DNA of 63,878 nucleotides, counting the filler, from Lama guanicoe (Eukaryota), in NCBI GenBank assembly GCA_013239625.1. It is 76 parts of 73 records of this genome, joined end to end, with 100 filler letters (N's around TTAATTAATTAA, not from the genome) between each part and the next. Parts side by side here need not be neighbours in the genome. Positions count along the whole stretch, not along the records: positions 12,726 to 13,574 come from MU055893.1; positions 13,675 to 14,139 come from MU055895.1; positions 14,240 to 14,771 come from MU055899.1; positions 14,872 to 15,467 come from MU055899.1; positions 15,568 to 16,310 come from MU055900.1; positions 16,411 to 17,005 come from PNXV01017103.1; positions 17,106 to 18,314 come from MU055901.1; positions 18,415 to 18,934 come from PNXV01017106.1; 68 more parts are not named here. One strand, 5' to 3'. The notes under the pieces were generated by a model. That model had not been told where the DNA came from. It was given only the letters and a program-made list of their open reading frames with translations, and ran no database searches. Each line of letters starts with the position of its first letter. Positions within the stretch are counted from its first letter, which is position 1. The translations under genes and the position numbers were made by a program. Below, piece after piece: positions 13,038 to 25,008 of the stretch.

Positions 13038-13500
13038 NNNNNNNNNNNNNNNNNNNNNNNNNNNNNNNNNNNNNNNNNNNNNNNNNNNNNNNNNNNNNNN
13101 NNNNNNNNNNNNNNNNNNNNNNNNNNNNNNNNNNNNNNNNNNNNNNNNNNNNNNNNNNNNNNNNNNNNNNNNNNNNNNNNNNNNNNNNNNNNNNNNNNNN
13201 NNNNNNNNNNNNNNNNNNNNNNNNNNNNNNNNNNNNNNNNNNNNNNNNNNNNNNNNNNNNNNNNNNNNNNNNNNNNNNNNNNNNNNNNNNNNNNNNNNNN
13301 NNNNNNNNNNNNNNNNNNNNNNNNNNNNNNNNNNNNNNNNNNNNNNNNNNNNNNNNNNNNNNNNNNNNNNNNNNNNNNNNNNNNNNNNNNNNNNNNNNNN
13401 NNNNNNNNNNNNNNNNNNNNNNNNNNNNNNNNNNNNNNNNNNNNNNNNNNNNNNNNNNNNNNNNNNNNNNNNNNNNNNNNNNNNNNNNNNNNNNNNNNNN

Positions 13501-13574
13501 CTTCCTTTCTTTCTTTCTTTCTTATTTTCTTTCTTTCTTTCTTTCTTATTTTCTTTCTTTCTTTCTTTCTTTCT
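13501..13574 (+). repeat. (TTTC)n microsatellite
   Basis: Direct reading. Confidence 0.95.
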
Positions 13575-13674
13575 NNNNNNNNNNNNNNNNNNNNNNNNNN
13601 NNNNNNNNNNNNNNNNNNTTAATTAATTAANNNNNNNNNNNNNNNNNNNNNNNNNNNNNNNNNNNNNNNNNNNN

Positions 13675-14139
13675 ATTCCTCATAAGAGTTTTACTTTCAT
13701 CCTGAGAAATTCAATGGAGGTAATTAAATTGAGGAAAGCATTAGACCAGCCTCTTACCTAACCACTCAGTCCTGTCCCCAGTGTCTTCCAACTTGGATCC
13801 ACTCGGGACGTCTCCACTGGGTGAGTATTTTCCTCATATGTTTCCACCAGCCCCACTTCGAACGTCTCCTCAAGGTGGGTATTTCCCGTTATCATTCAAC
13901 CAGGCCCCACCCAGTATGTCTCCACTGGGTGGGTAATTCACCCCAGTTACTTTCAACTGGAGGGCCACTTACCTGGATACACCGCCAGATAAAACTCAGG
14001 ATCATCAACCAATATGTTAGATCCGANNNNNNNNNNNNNNNNNNNNNNNNNNNNNNNNNNNNNNNNNNNNNNNNNNNNNNNNNNNNNNTGAAGGCTCTGG
14101 TTACTCGGAGAGTCCAGGTGGAGAGAAGTCTGCTCTGGG
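13675..14139 (-). mobile_element. Probable ERV1-class leader/internal fragment
   Basis: 13879-13965 is closely homologous to 32760-32846 (GTATTTCCCGTTATC...CACCCCAGTT...TTTCAACTGGAGGGC) and has internal CCACTGGGTG repeats. Confidence 0.55.
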
Positions 14140-14239
14140 NNNNNNNNNNNNNNNNNNNNNNNNNNNNNNNNNNNNNNNNNNNNTTAATTAATTAANNNNN
14201 NNNNNNNNNNNNNNNNNNNNNNNNNNNNNNNNNNNNNNN

Positions 14240-14771
14240 AAACAAAGTTGAAAATTTCTGCACAGCTAAGGACACTATATGTGAAATGTAAACACTGCCT
14301 GTATAATTGGAGAACATATTTGCAAACAATGCAAGTGGCCAGGGGTTAATAGATGTAGGTTAATAGATGTAACATGGATTTAGGTTACACAACTCAAGGT
14401 GAAAAACAAACATCCAATCAAAAACAAGAGAAGAGAACCTGAGTTAATATTTTTCCCAATAAAACATACAGATGAGTAACAGGAAAGTGATAAAATTGCT
14501 CAACATTTCTAATTATTAGTTAATTGCAAATAAAAACCACAATGAGATATCACTTAAAACTGGTCAAATGGCTATTATGAAAAATTCCACTAATAGAAAG
14601 TGTTGGAGACGATGTGGAGGTAACCAATCTTTTGTATACTCTTGGTAGGAATATATATTTTTGTAACTTGTATGGAAAACAGTATTCAGATTTGTTTAAA
14701 AACTAAAAAGTTAACTACCACATGACACAGTAATACATCTCCTAGAAAAAATCTGGTGAAGAAAACCTAAA
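14240..14771 (+). mobile_element. Degraded LINE-1 ORF2 3' fragment
   Basis: TGCAAATAAAAACCACAATGAGATATCAC and CTATTATGAAAAATTCCACTAATAGAAAGTGTTGGAGA. Confidence 0.85.
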
Positions 14772-14871
14772 NNNNNNNNNNNNNNNNNNNNNNNNNNNNN
14801 NNNNNNNNNNNNNNNTTAATTAATTAANNNNNNNNNNNNNNNNNNNNNNNNNNNNNNNNNNNNNNNNNNNN

Positions 14872-15467
14872 ATTAGTGTAACTTTGAAGTATATTCTTAA
14901 GTCAGGGAGGATAATACCCACAGGTTTGTTCATTTTTCAAAGATAATATTAGAAAATTTGGATCTTTCACAATTTGTATAAATTTTATTATTTTTCTCTG
15001 TGTTTTGTGAAGAAACACATGGATCCTGTGAGAAAAGAAATTTACTGAAAGAAAAAACCTGAGAAAAATTGTAAAGTGTGGTGGATAAATCATACAATAT
15101 TAAACAAAAATGGATTGCTGTAAGAATCAAAGGAAATATCTATAAAGAAATATGACAACAAAAACAAATTCCATGGGGTATAGCAAAAGAAGTATTAATA
15201 GGGATGCTTATAGCAAAATAATCCCACTTATACAAATAAGAAACATCTCTCTTTCTTATAACATAATCCTACAAAGCAAAGATGTAGGAAAATAATAAAC
15301 AAACTTGTTAGTTGATGGAAAGACAGCTGAAAGGTCAGAATATAAATTAAAAATGTTAAAAATAGAAACATCTAATCAAAACTACACAATTGCTTTTGAA
15401 ATATAAATATAACTGTTAAGCTTTAATGAGACTAATGTGCAAAAAAGAGAGTAAAGATTAAAAAGCT
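14872..15467. mobile_element. LINE-1 ORF2 pieces in head-to-head (inverted) orientation
   Basis: About 14872-15050 is antisense post-RT ORF2 (AAGTCAGGGAGGATAATACCCACAGGTTTG). About 15060-15467 is sense post-endonuclease ORF2 (ATGGGGTATAGCAAAAGAAGTATTAATAGGGA). Confidence 0.7.
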
Positions 15468-15567
15468 NNNNNNNNNNNNNNNNNNNNNNNNNNNNNNNNN
15501 NNNNNNNNNNNTTAATTAATTAANNNNNNNNNNNNNNNNNNNNNNNNNNNNNNNNNNNNNNNNNNNN

Positions 15568-16310
15568 CTCTCCACATGCTCAGTTTTGAGAGTTAAGCGT
15601 GTGTGAAAGCAGTCCTCCACCTGGCTTGTTGGGAACACAAAGTTTATTTTCAGTTGAAACTCCTCTCCATACATATATATGGGGAGCTACAAACTCCAAC
15701 TCGGTTTTGCAGTGAAAACTGCAGGAAGTTCAAACCGGCACTAGGAAACAGACTGAGAAACAAGAGTAAGTGATTCTCCTGCAAACTTTTCCGTTTGTGC
15801 TAGATGAACGAACGTCTCTCCACATGCTCAGTTTTGAGAGTTAAGCGTGTGTGAAAGCCGTCCTTCACCTAGCTTGTTGGGAACACAAAGATTCTCTTCA
15901 GTTGCAAAATCCACTCCATACATATGTATGGGGAAGTACAAGCTCCAACTCGGATTTAGTGAAAACTGCAGGAAGTTCAAACCGGCACTAGGAAACAGAC
16001 TGAGAAACAAGAGTAAGTGATTCTCCTGCAAACTTTTCCGTTTGTGCTAGATGAACGTACGTCTCTCCACATGCTCAGTTTTGAGAGTTAAGCGTGTGTG
16101 AAAGCCGTCCTNNNNNNNNNNNNNNNNNNNNNNNNNNNNNNNNNNNNNNNNNNNNNNNNNNNNNNNNNNNNNNNNNNNNNNNNNNNNNNNNNNNNNNNNN
16201 NNNNNNNNNNNNNNNNNNNNNNNNNNNNNNNNNNNNNNNNNNNNNNNNNNNNNNCCCTGCCACCTGTTCCCTTTGTGCTTGATGAATGAACGTCTCTCCA
16301 CATGCTCAGT
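15568..16310 (-). repeat. ~248-bp satellite array
   Basis: CTCTCCACATGCTCAG recurs at 15568, 15816 and 16063 (periods 248 and 247). Confidence 0.95.
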
Positions 16311-16410
16311 NNNNNNNNNNNNNNNNNNNNNNNNNNNNNNNNNNNNNNNNNNNNTTAATTAATTAANNNNNNNNNNNNNNNNNNNNNNNNNNNNNNNNNN
16401 NNNNNNNNNN

Positions 16411-17005
16411 CTAACGGAATGCCTGTTCTCGTCTCCCCTGAGGGTTTTCCTCATGTCTCAGTGCAAGGGAATGCTAGGGGTGGTTGCAGGAAATCCCAGT
16501 GACAGAGGCTGCCTACCCAAGGTCAGGGAAGCTATTTCTCGGACTTCCCCGGGCAGGTAACACCTGTGACTGAAGAGAGCTTCCTGGAGATTTCTCTCGA
16601 GCTCCACAACTCAATGACAATGGTTCCGGAGTCCTGAGCGTGGGGAGGTTCCACCAACGGTCGGCAGCGCGTGGGTTCTAAGGGAATTTCTGTGCTCTTC
16701 TCCCCAGAGTGTTTTCCTCATGTCTCTGTGCCAGGGAATGCTAGGAGGTTTTGCAGGAAATCCCAGTGACAGAGGCTGCCTACCCAAGGTCAGGGAAGCT
16801 ATTTCTCGGACTTCCCCGGGCAGGTAACACCTGTGACTGAAGAGAGCTGCGTGGAGTTGTCTCTCGAGCTCCCCCACTCAATGACAATGGTTTCGGAATC
16901 CTGAGCGTTGGGAGGCTCCACCAACGGTCGGCAACGCGTGGGTTCTAAGGGAATTTCTGTGCTCTTCTCCCCAGAGTGTTTTCCTCATGTCTCTGTGCCA
17001 GGGAA
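16411..17005 (-). repeat. 267-bp satellite array
   Basis: GACAGAGGCTGCCTACCCAAGG at 16501 and 16768 (period 267). Confidence 0.95.
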
Positions 17006-17105
17006 NNNNNNNNNNNNNNNNNNNNNNNNNNNNNNNNNNNNNNNNNNNNTTAATTAATTAANNNNNNNNNNNNNNNNNNNNNNNNNNNNNNNNNNNNNNN
17101 NNNNN

Positions 17106-18314
17106 GGCTTTGCACAGCTGTTAGATCATTTCTCATCTCTGTCATTGAGTTTTCAAATTTTGCCTGGCTCTTCTTTATAGCTTCAATTTCATTTTTGACA
17201 TATTTTATTTCTCTAAGCATTATCTCTTTTAATTCCTTCAGCAATTTGATCACCCCTTTTTTGAAATCTTGATCTAGTAGGCTATCGATGTCTATTTCAT
17301 TGAGCTTTCTTTCAGGGGATTCCTCTTGTTCTTTGANNNNNNNNNNNNNNNNNNNNNNNNNNNNNNNNNNNNNNNNNNNNNNNNNNNNNNNNNNNNNNNN
17401 NNNNNNNNNNNNNNNNNNNNNNNNNNNNNNNNNNNNNNNNNNNNNNNNNNNNNNNNNNNNNNNNNNNNNNNNNNNNNNNNNNNNNNNNNNNNNNNNNNNN
17501 NNNNNNNNNNNNNNNNNNNNNNNNNNNNNNNNNNNNNNNNNNNNNNNNNNNNNNNNNNNNNNNNNNNNNNNNNNNNNNNNNNNNNNNNNNNNNNNNNNNN
17601 NNNNNNNNNNNNNNNNNNNNNNNNNNNNNNNNNNNNNNNNNNNNNNNNNNNNNNNNNNNNNNNNNNNNNNNNNNNNNNNNNNNNNNNNNNNNNNNNNNNN
17701 NNNNNNNNNNNNNNNNNNNNNNNNNNNNNNNNNNNNNNNNNNNNNNNNNNNNNNNNNNNNNNNNNNNNNNNNNNNNNNNNNNNNNNNNNNNNNNNNNNNN
17801 NNNNNNNNNNNNNNNNNNNNNNNNNNNNNNNNNNNNNNNNNNNNNNNNNNNNNNNNNNNNNNNNNNNNNNNNNNNNNNNNNNNNNNNNNNNNNNNNNNNN
17901 NNNNNNNNNNNNNNNNNNNNNNNNNNNNNNNNNNNNNNNNNNNNNNNNNNNNNNNNNNNNNNNNNNNNNNNNNNNNNNNNNNNNNNNNNNNNNNNNNNNN
18001 NNNNNNNNNNNNNNNNNNNNNNNNNNNNNNNNNNNNNGGGGTCAGATGCAGCTCTCCTCTGCTGCGGGCGGGCGGGACACTGCCCCTCCGGATGCCGCAG
18101 TCAGATGTTGCAGACTGGCCAGGCAGGAGGGCGGGTCATGCCCCTTCCCAGCACCTCGGTCAGGGGTTGTGTTCCTGCCTGACAGGCAGGGGGCCGCTCT
18201 CCCCCTGCCTGCGCCACTGGTAACTCTGCTGCTCTGTGCGGCTGTGCGCTCTGCGCCGGCGCTCCGCCCTGGTCGCGCTCCGTGGGTGGGCTCGGGGAAG
18301 ACCCAGGGGCAGCC
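17106..18314 (-). mobile_element. LINE-1 5' region: ORF1 coiled-coil fragment and probable GC-rich 5' UTR (gapped)
   Basis: Minus-strand peptide IKLLKELKEIMLREIKYVKNEIEAIKKSQAKFENSMTEMRNDL is L1 ORF1p-like. CpG-rich 18038-18314 lies upstream in the same scaffold. Confidence 0.82.
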
Positions 18315-19034
18315 NNNNNNNNNNNNNNNNNNNNNNNNNNNNNNNNNNNNNNNNNNNNTTAATTAATTAANNNNNNNNNNNNNNNNNNNNNNNNNNNNNN
18401 NNNNNNNNNNNNNNGCAGTGTGGGCAGAGGCGGGCTTGGACACAGAGGAGGGGCTGCTACAATAATTCTGAAGGGACAGCCCTGGCTCAATGGCGTGACC
18501 ACCTGTCCACTGCTTCAGGGACACCTGTCACATTGCTATGTCCCTCTCCCTGCCTCTCCTCACTGGATGGCACGTCTGTGAGGACAGGCAGGCTGTGTGC
18601 TCTGGCCACTGCCCTCAAAGGGACATGGGAGCTGCTCTATGAGTGCCTGAGCCCGGAGGGAACAGACAGGCTGTGTCGGCCATCCAGGCTGCCCACGGGC
18701 CTCCTCACTCCTCAGACTTTAGCTCCTGCACCTGCTGGCTGCAGAATCCTCCAGGGACCCTGCCTGGGTCTCCTTCTGCCCCTGCCACTCAGCATCATCA
18801 GGATGAGCTCAGCTGTCCCCTGAGGCCCCCTGGGTCCCCTGAGATCACCATTGAGGCTACACTAGATGGTGGGCATGATACTCTCCACCCCTTGTGGTCT
18901 GTGTCTCCCAAAGTGCGTGTGGGCAGGGATGGGANNNNNNNNNNNNNNNNNNNNNNNNNNNNNNNNNNNNNNNNNNNNTTAATTAATTAANNNNNNNNNN
19001 NNNNNNNNNNNNNNNNNNNNNNNNNNNNNNNNNN

Positions 19035-19931
19035 GTTGTAATTTCTATATTCAGTATTCTGTATAATATATTCTAAATTCTGTTTTCTGCATTCCTAGAT
19101 CTAAATTGTGCGTTCTGTATTCTGTTTTCCATATTCTATATTCTGTGTTCTACATTCTATATTCTGAATCCTATATTCTGCATTTCATATTATATATTCT
19201 ATATTCTGTGTTATACATTGTATATTCTAAATTCCATAATTCCATATTCAGTATTCTGTATTCTATATTCTAAATTCTGTGTTCTATATTGTATATTCAT
19301 ATTCTATATTCAGTATTCGATATTCTATATTCTATATTCTGTGTTCTGCATTAAATTATCTTAATTTTGAGTTCTATATTCTGTACTCTATATTCTAAAT
19401 TCTGTGTTCTACATTCTATATTCTAAATTCTATATTCAGTATTCTGTATTCTATATTCTAAATTCTGTGTTCTACATTCTATATTCTAAATTCTATTTTC
19501 AGTAATCTGTATTCTTTATTCTAAATTCTGTGTTATGTATTACATGTTCTAAATTCTGGGTTCCATATTGTGTTTTCCATATTCTAATTTCTGTGCTCCA
19601 TATTCTATATTCTGTATTCAATATTCTGCATTCCGTAATTTACATTCCATATTCTGTGTTCTATATTCTAAATTCTGTGTTCTGCATTCCATGTTCTAAT
19701 TTCTGTGTTCTATATTCTCTATTCTCTATTCTATATTCTGTGTTCTACATTCTATATTCTAAATTCTGTGTTCTACCTTCCATGTTCTAAATTCTGGGTT
19801 CGATATTCTCTATCCTCTATTCTATATTCTGTTTTCTTCATTCTATATTCTAAATAGTATATTCAGTATACTTTATTCTATTTTCTACATGCTGTGTTCT
19901 ACATTCTTTATTCAAAATTCTATATTCAGTA
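19035..19931 (+). repeat. AT-rich heptamer satellite, (TTCTATA)n variants
   Basis: Tandem 7-mers TTCTATA/TTCTAAA/TTCTGTG/TTCTACA/TTCAGTA/TTCCATG. Confidence 0.96.
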
Positions 19932-20031
19932 NNNNNNNNNNNNNNNNNNNNNNNNNNNNNNNNNNNNNNNNNNNNTTAATTAATTAANNNNNNNNNNNNN
20001 NNNNNNNNNNNNNNNNNNNNNNNNNNNNNNN

Positions 20032-20247
20032 GCTGCATGACAGGCCAATAAATCGGGAGATGAGATGTTGGAGAAAGGAAAAGAGACTTTATTTGAAAAG
20101 ACGGCAGACCCAGAAAATGGCATATTGTTATCCAGTAGAACTCTCTTCCCCAGGGCAGAATTCAGTCTCCTTTTATACTAAAAAGCGGCGGGGATGTGGC
20201 TGGTTGTTGCAAACTTCTTGCTGTACGAATTGTTTCTATTTGAAACC
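20032..20247 (-). mobile_element. ERV1-class LTR fragment (R/U5 side)
   Basis: Minus-strand TATAAAA and AATAAA in LTR order (plus strand GACTTTATT...CCTTTTATACT). Confidence 0.6.
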
Positions 20248-20902
20248 NNNNNNNNNNNNNNNNNNNNNNNNNNNNNNNNNNNNNNNNNNNNNNNNNNNNN
20301 NNNNNNNNNNNNNNNNNNNNNNNNNNNNNNNNNNNNNNNNNNNNNNNNNNNNNNNNNNNNNNNNNNNNNNNNNNNNNNNNNNNNNNNNNNNNNNNNNNNN
20401 NNNNNNNNNNNNNNNNNNNNNNNNNNNNNNNNNNNNNNNNNNNNNNNNNNNNNNNNNNNNNNNNNNNNNNNNNNNNNNNNNNNNNNNNNNNNNNNNNNNN
20501 NNNNNNNNNNNNNNNNNNNNNNNNNNNNNNNNNNNNNNNNNNNNNNNNNNNNNNNNNNNNNNNNNNNNNNNNNNNNNNNNNNNNNNNNNNNNNNNNNNNN
20601 NNNNNNNNNNNNNNNNNNNNNNNNNNNNNNNNNNNNNNNNNNNNNNNNNNNNNNNNNNNNNNNNNNNNNNNNNNNNNNNNNNNNNNNNNNNNNNNNNNNN
20701 NNNNNNNNNNNNNATGCCTGATGCCCCGTGAGTGTTGGTGAGGGTCCCCCTAACCAGGGGCTCTATTCAGGAACCACCATATGGGCGTTGACCTCTGGCA
20801 CCNNNNNNNNNNNNNNNNNNNNNNNNNNNNNNNNNNNNNNNNNNNNTTAATTAATTAANNNNNNNNNNNNNNNNNNNNNNNNNNNNNNNNNNNNNNNNNN
20901 NN

Positions 20903-21682
20903 TAGTTCCGGAATCCTGAGCGTGGGGATGTTCCACCAGCGGTCGGCAGCGTTTAGGTTTTTACGGAATGCCTAAGCTCGTCTCCCTTGAGGGTTTTCCT
21001 AATGTCTCTGTGCCAGGGAAAGCTAGGGGTGATTGCAGGAAGTCCCAATGACAGAGGCTGCCTCCCAAAGGTCAGGGAAGGTATTTCTCGGACTTCTCCG
21101 AAGAGGGAACACCTGTGACTGAAGAGAGCTGCGTGGAGTTGTCTCTCGAGCTCCCCCACGCCCTGACAATGGTTCCGGAATCCTGAGCGTGGGGAGGTTC
21201 CAACAACGGTCGGCCGCGCGTGGGTTCTAAAGGAATGCCTAAGTTCGTCTCCCCTGAGGGTTTTCCTAATGCCTCTGTGCCAGGGAATGCTAGGGGGGTT
21301 TGCAGGTAGTCCCAGGGACAGAGGCTGTCTACCCATAGTCAGGGAAGGTATTTCTCGGACTTCCCCGAACAGGGAACACCTGTGACTGAAGAGAGCTGCG
21401 TGGAGTTGTCTCTCGAGCTCCCCCACGCCCTGACAATGGTTCTGGAATCCTGAGCGTGGGGAGGTTCCACCAACGGTCGGCAGCGCATTTGTTCTAACGG
21501 AATGCCTAATCTCGTCTCCCCTGAGGGTTTTCCGAATGTCTCTGTGCCAGGGAATGCTAGGGGGTTTGCAGGAAATCCCAGTGACAGAGGCTGCCTCCAG
21601 CCTCCACAAGGTCATGGAAATTATTTCTCGGAATTCCCAGAGCAGGGAACACTTGTGACTGAAGAGAGCTGCGTGGAGTTGT
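20903..21682 (-). repeat. 267-bp satellite array, homogeneous
   Basis: GAATCCTGAGCGTGGGGA at 20911, 21178 and 21445 (period 267). Confidence 0.97.
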
Positions 21683-21989
21683 NNNNNNNNNNNNNNNNNN
21701 NNNNNNNNNNNNNNNNNNNNNNNNNNTTAATTAATTAANNNNNNNNNNNNNNNNNNNNNNNNNNNNNNNNNNNNNNNNNNNNGGTCTCAGCCCTGCCCCC
21801 GCCCGGGCACTATGCACAGGAGGAGATGGTAACTGTGGCTGAGCCCTGCCCCTCTTCTTGCGAGATGTGCCAGTAATGGCACAGGTCTGAGGAGACATAG
21901 GCTTCAGCACCCCTCCCCCCAGGGCACATGCCTGCATATAGTTTTGTTTACCTTCTGAGCTAAAATTTACCTGACAATGAAATATATAA

Positions 21990-22420
21990 ATTAGGCTTTT
22001 GAGGTTCATCCTTGTATCAGTAGTTGATTCTTTTTTATTGTTGCATTGTATTCCATTGTTTGAATATACTATCATTTGTTTTATCCATTCCCTACNNNNN
22101 NNNNNNNNNNNNNNNNNNNNNNNNNNNNNNNNNNNNNNNNNNNNNNNNNNNNNNNNNNNNNNNNNNNNNNNNNNNNNNNNAAGTATACAGCTCCAGTGAT
22201 TTTCACAAAGTAAACACATCTATGTAACCTTCATCCAGTCAAGAAACAGAACATTGCTGTTCCACTTTGGGTTTCTTCCCAGATACTATGGCACCCCTTT
22301 GATGGATTTACCATCCTAAATTCAGCCACCATGGATTGTTTTTTTCGCTTTTGAAATTTTCAGTCCCGTACATTACACTCAACATTATGTAAGATTCATC
22401 CACTAGTGTTTTCTTTAAAC
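21990..22420 (-). mobile_element. Old L1M 3' UTR fragments
   Basis: GAGGTTCATCCTTGTATCAGTAGTT...TATTCCATTG...TTTATCCATTC and ACAAAGTAAACACATCTATGTAACC...AAGAAACAGAACATTGC. Confidence 0.7.
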
Positions 22421-22524
22421 TAGTNNNNNNNNNNNNNNNNNNNNNNNNNNNNNNNNNNNNNNNNNNNNTTAATTAATTAANNNNNNNNNNNNNNNNNNNN
22501 NNNNNNNNNNNNNNNNNNNNNNNN

Positions 22525-23504
22525 GTAGATCTCTTTTGTGTGAACAAACATTTTCTGGGGACTTCAACTTGAGATCTATAATTGAAGAAAATGCTTTTCA
22601 GAATTTGTCTGAAGTATTTTTGATAAAAAGACCATGTTACACACATTGTGTCTCTGAATCAGATGAAGATAATTATATTCGTTCCCTGATATTTCCAAGA
22701 AAACTCTGGAAATTGGCTGGGAGTGACCAAATTAAATCCATCTTGTGGGATGATAATGGAGCTTCCATAGTGATTGATGAGGATATCTTTAAGAAGGAAG
22801 TTATAGAAAGAAAGGACCCTTTCAGAATATTTGAAACTGGAAGTATGAAAACTTTAGGTAGACAACTTAAACTTTATGGGTTTAGTAAACTGCAGCAGAA
22901 TTTTTAAAGCTCTGCTTGTCTGACTGACTTTCTGGCAGAAGAAATAGAAATCTCTGTTTTAAGCAAGGTATTAAATAATTTTAGTTACCGCTGGGTAACT
23001 TATGTATAAAATTTTATTATGTACATCAAATTATGATAATATAAATGTAAAGTTAGCTTTTGAATATTGTATAAAACTACTAAGGCTAAAATCCTTTATT
23101 TTTTCTAAAAAAAGGGCAGTGCCTTAAGTAGTCAAGATTATGAGATAGTTGCTTGTAACTATGAATCTTACCAGAAATCTAAATAAACTTTAAAAGCTGC
23201 TTTAAAAAAGTAGCATTCACCCTTATTTCAAATGCTAACTTCTTAAATTTGATGACTATAAAATTTAAAAGTGTATTTTCCAAATAAGGAATATCAAAAT
23301 ATCTTCAAATATCAAAATATCTTCAACATTGTTCATATTTTGATGATATTTTCTTTGCATAGTAAACGTGAACTTTGAGGTTTTATAGGTTAGGCTTACT
23401 GTAGTGTTGTATTTTGGTTTAAAATATTACTAAAATATTTCTACTTTTGTTGTAGCTGCAGTTCTATCGTAATCCAAATTTTAAACGTGGCTGTCCCCTG
23501 CTTT
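22525..23504 (+). pseudogene. HSFY: Heat shock transcription factor, Y-linked (HSFY) copy: partial exon 1 (to 22967), 488-bp intron (22968-23455), start of exon 2 (23456); nonsense TAA at 22905-22907
   Basis: LCEQTFSGDFNLRSIIEENAFQ...FPRKLWKL...WDDNG...RQLKLYGFSKLQQNF*SSACLTDFLAEEIEISVLSK is followed by donor AAG|GTATTA and acceptor TTGTAG|, then LQFYRNPNFKRGCPL. This is colinear with the HSFY HSF DNA-binding domain and has a phase-0 intron. Confidence 0.92.
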
Positions 23505-23604
23505 NNNNNNNNNNNNNNNNNNNNNNNNNNNNNNNNNNNNNNNNNNNNTTAATTAATTAANNNNNNNNNNNNNNNNNNNNNNNNNNNNNNNNNNNNNNNN
23601 NNNN

Positions 23605-24418
23605 AATTTAGAATATAGAATGTAGATCACAGAATACGGAATGTAGAAAACGGAATACAGAATATTGAATACATGATAAAGAATGTAGAACACAGAATTT
23701 AGAATATGGAAAACAGAATATTGAACACAGAATTTAGAACATGGAATGCAGAACACAGAATTTAGGATATAGAATACAGATTACTGAATATAGAATTTAG
23801 AATATAGAATGTAGAACACAGAATTTAGAATCTAGTATACAGAAATCTAGTATATACTGAATATAGAATTTAGAATATAGAATGTATAACACAGAATATA
23901 GAATATAGACTACGGAATTTAGAATTTATAAGGTAGAAAATAGAATGAAGAACACAAAATATAGAATAGAGAATAGAGAATATAGAACCCAGATTTCAGA
24001 AATGGAATTCAGAACAGAGAATTTAGAATATACAATACAGTATACTGAATATAGGTTTTAGAATATAGAATGTAGAACACAGAATTTAGAATATAGAATA
24101 CAGAATGCTGAATATAGTATTTCGAACATAGAATGTAGAACACAGGATTTAGAATATAGAATACAGAATACTGAATATAGAATTAAGAATAAAGAATGTA
24201 GAACACAGAATATAGAATAGAGAACAGAGAATATTGAACACAGAAATTAGAACATGGAGTGCAGAACACAGAATTTAGAATATAGAATACAGAATACTGA
24301 ATATAGAATTTAGAATACAGAATGTAGAACACAAAATATAGAATATGGAAAAGAGAATACAGAACGCAGAATTTAGAACATGGAATGCAGAACACATTAT
24401 TAAGAATAAAAAATACAG
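23605..24418 (-). repeat. AT-rich heptamer satellite
   Basis: (TATAGAA)n variants, reverse complement of 19035-19931. Confidence 0.96.
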
Positions 24419-24518
24419 NNNNNNNNNNNNNNNNNNNNNNNNNNNNNNNNNNNNNNNNNNNNTTAATTAATTAANNNNNNNNNNNNNNNNNNNNNNNNNN
24501 NNNNNNNNNNNNNNNNNN

Positions 24519-24908
24519 TACTGAAGTCCAGTTTACTTGATTTTTTTTCTTTTGTTGTTTGTGCTTTACGTGTCATATATTACAAGTATTTGTAATCCAA
24601 AGTCCTGAAGATTTTCTCATGGTTCATTTTCTAAATGTTTTATACTTTCAAGTCTGTGATTTATTTTGAGTTAATTTTCATAAATGGTGTTAAGATAAAA
24701 GTTCAGTTTTCTTTCTTTCCAGGTGTAAGTACAGGTGTCCCAGCATCATTTTTGTAAAGATTATTTTTTCCCCCTTTGGATTGTCATGGCACCTTTGTCA
24801 AAAATTAAATGGCTGCGTGTAAGACTTTGTTTATGGTCTCTTAATTCTTTTCTCTCAACCTATTTTTCTGTCCTTTCAGCAAGTACCACACTGTATGGAT
24901 CACAGTTT
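24519..24908 (-). mobile_element. Old LINE-1 ORF2 fragment
   Basis: TTTTGAGTTAATTTT...TCCCAGCATCATTTTTG...GGCACCTTTGTCAAAAATTAAATGGC...AGTACCACACTG. Confidence 0.85.
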
Positions 24909-25008
24909 NNNNNNNNNNNNNNNNNNNNNNNNNNNNNNNNNNNNNNNNNNNNTTAATTAATTAANNNNNNNNNNNNNNNNNNNNNNNNNNNNNNNNNNNN
25001 NNNNNNNN

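Noticed and set aside
20953..21615. 220-aa ORF with an 89-aa repeat (also 11813-12424)
   Set aside because: 267 bp is divisible by 3, so satellite monomers read through in frame; other copies have stops or frameshifts.
22525..24418. HSFY next to a GAA-rich satellite, suggesting an HSF-satellite system
   Set aside because: The two are separated by an artificial linker. The GAA motifs are direct repeats at 7-bp spacing, not the inverted nGAAn pentamers of heat-shock elements.
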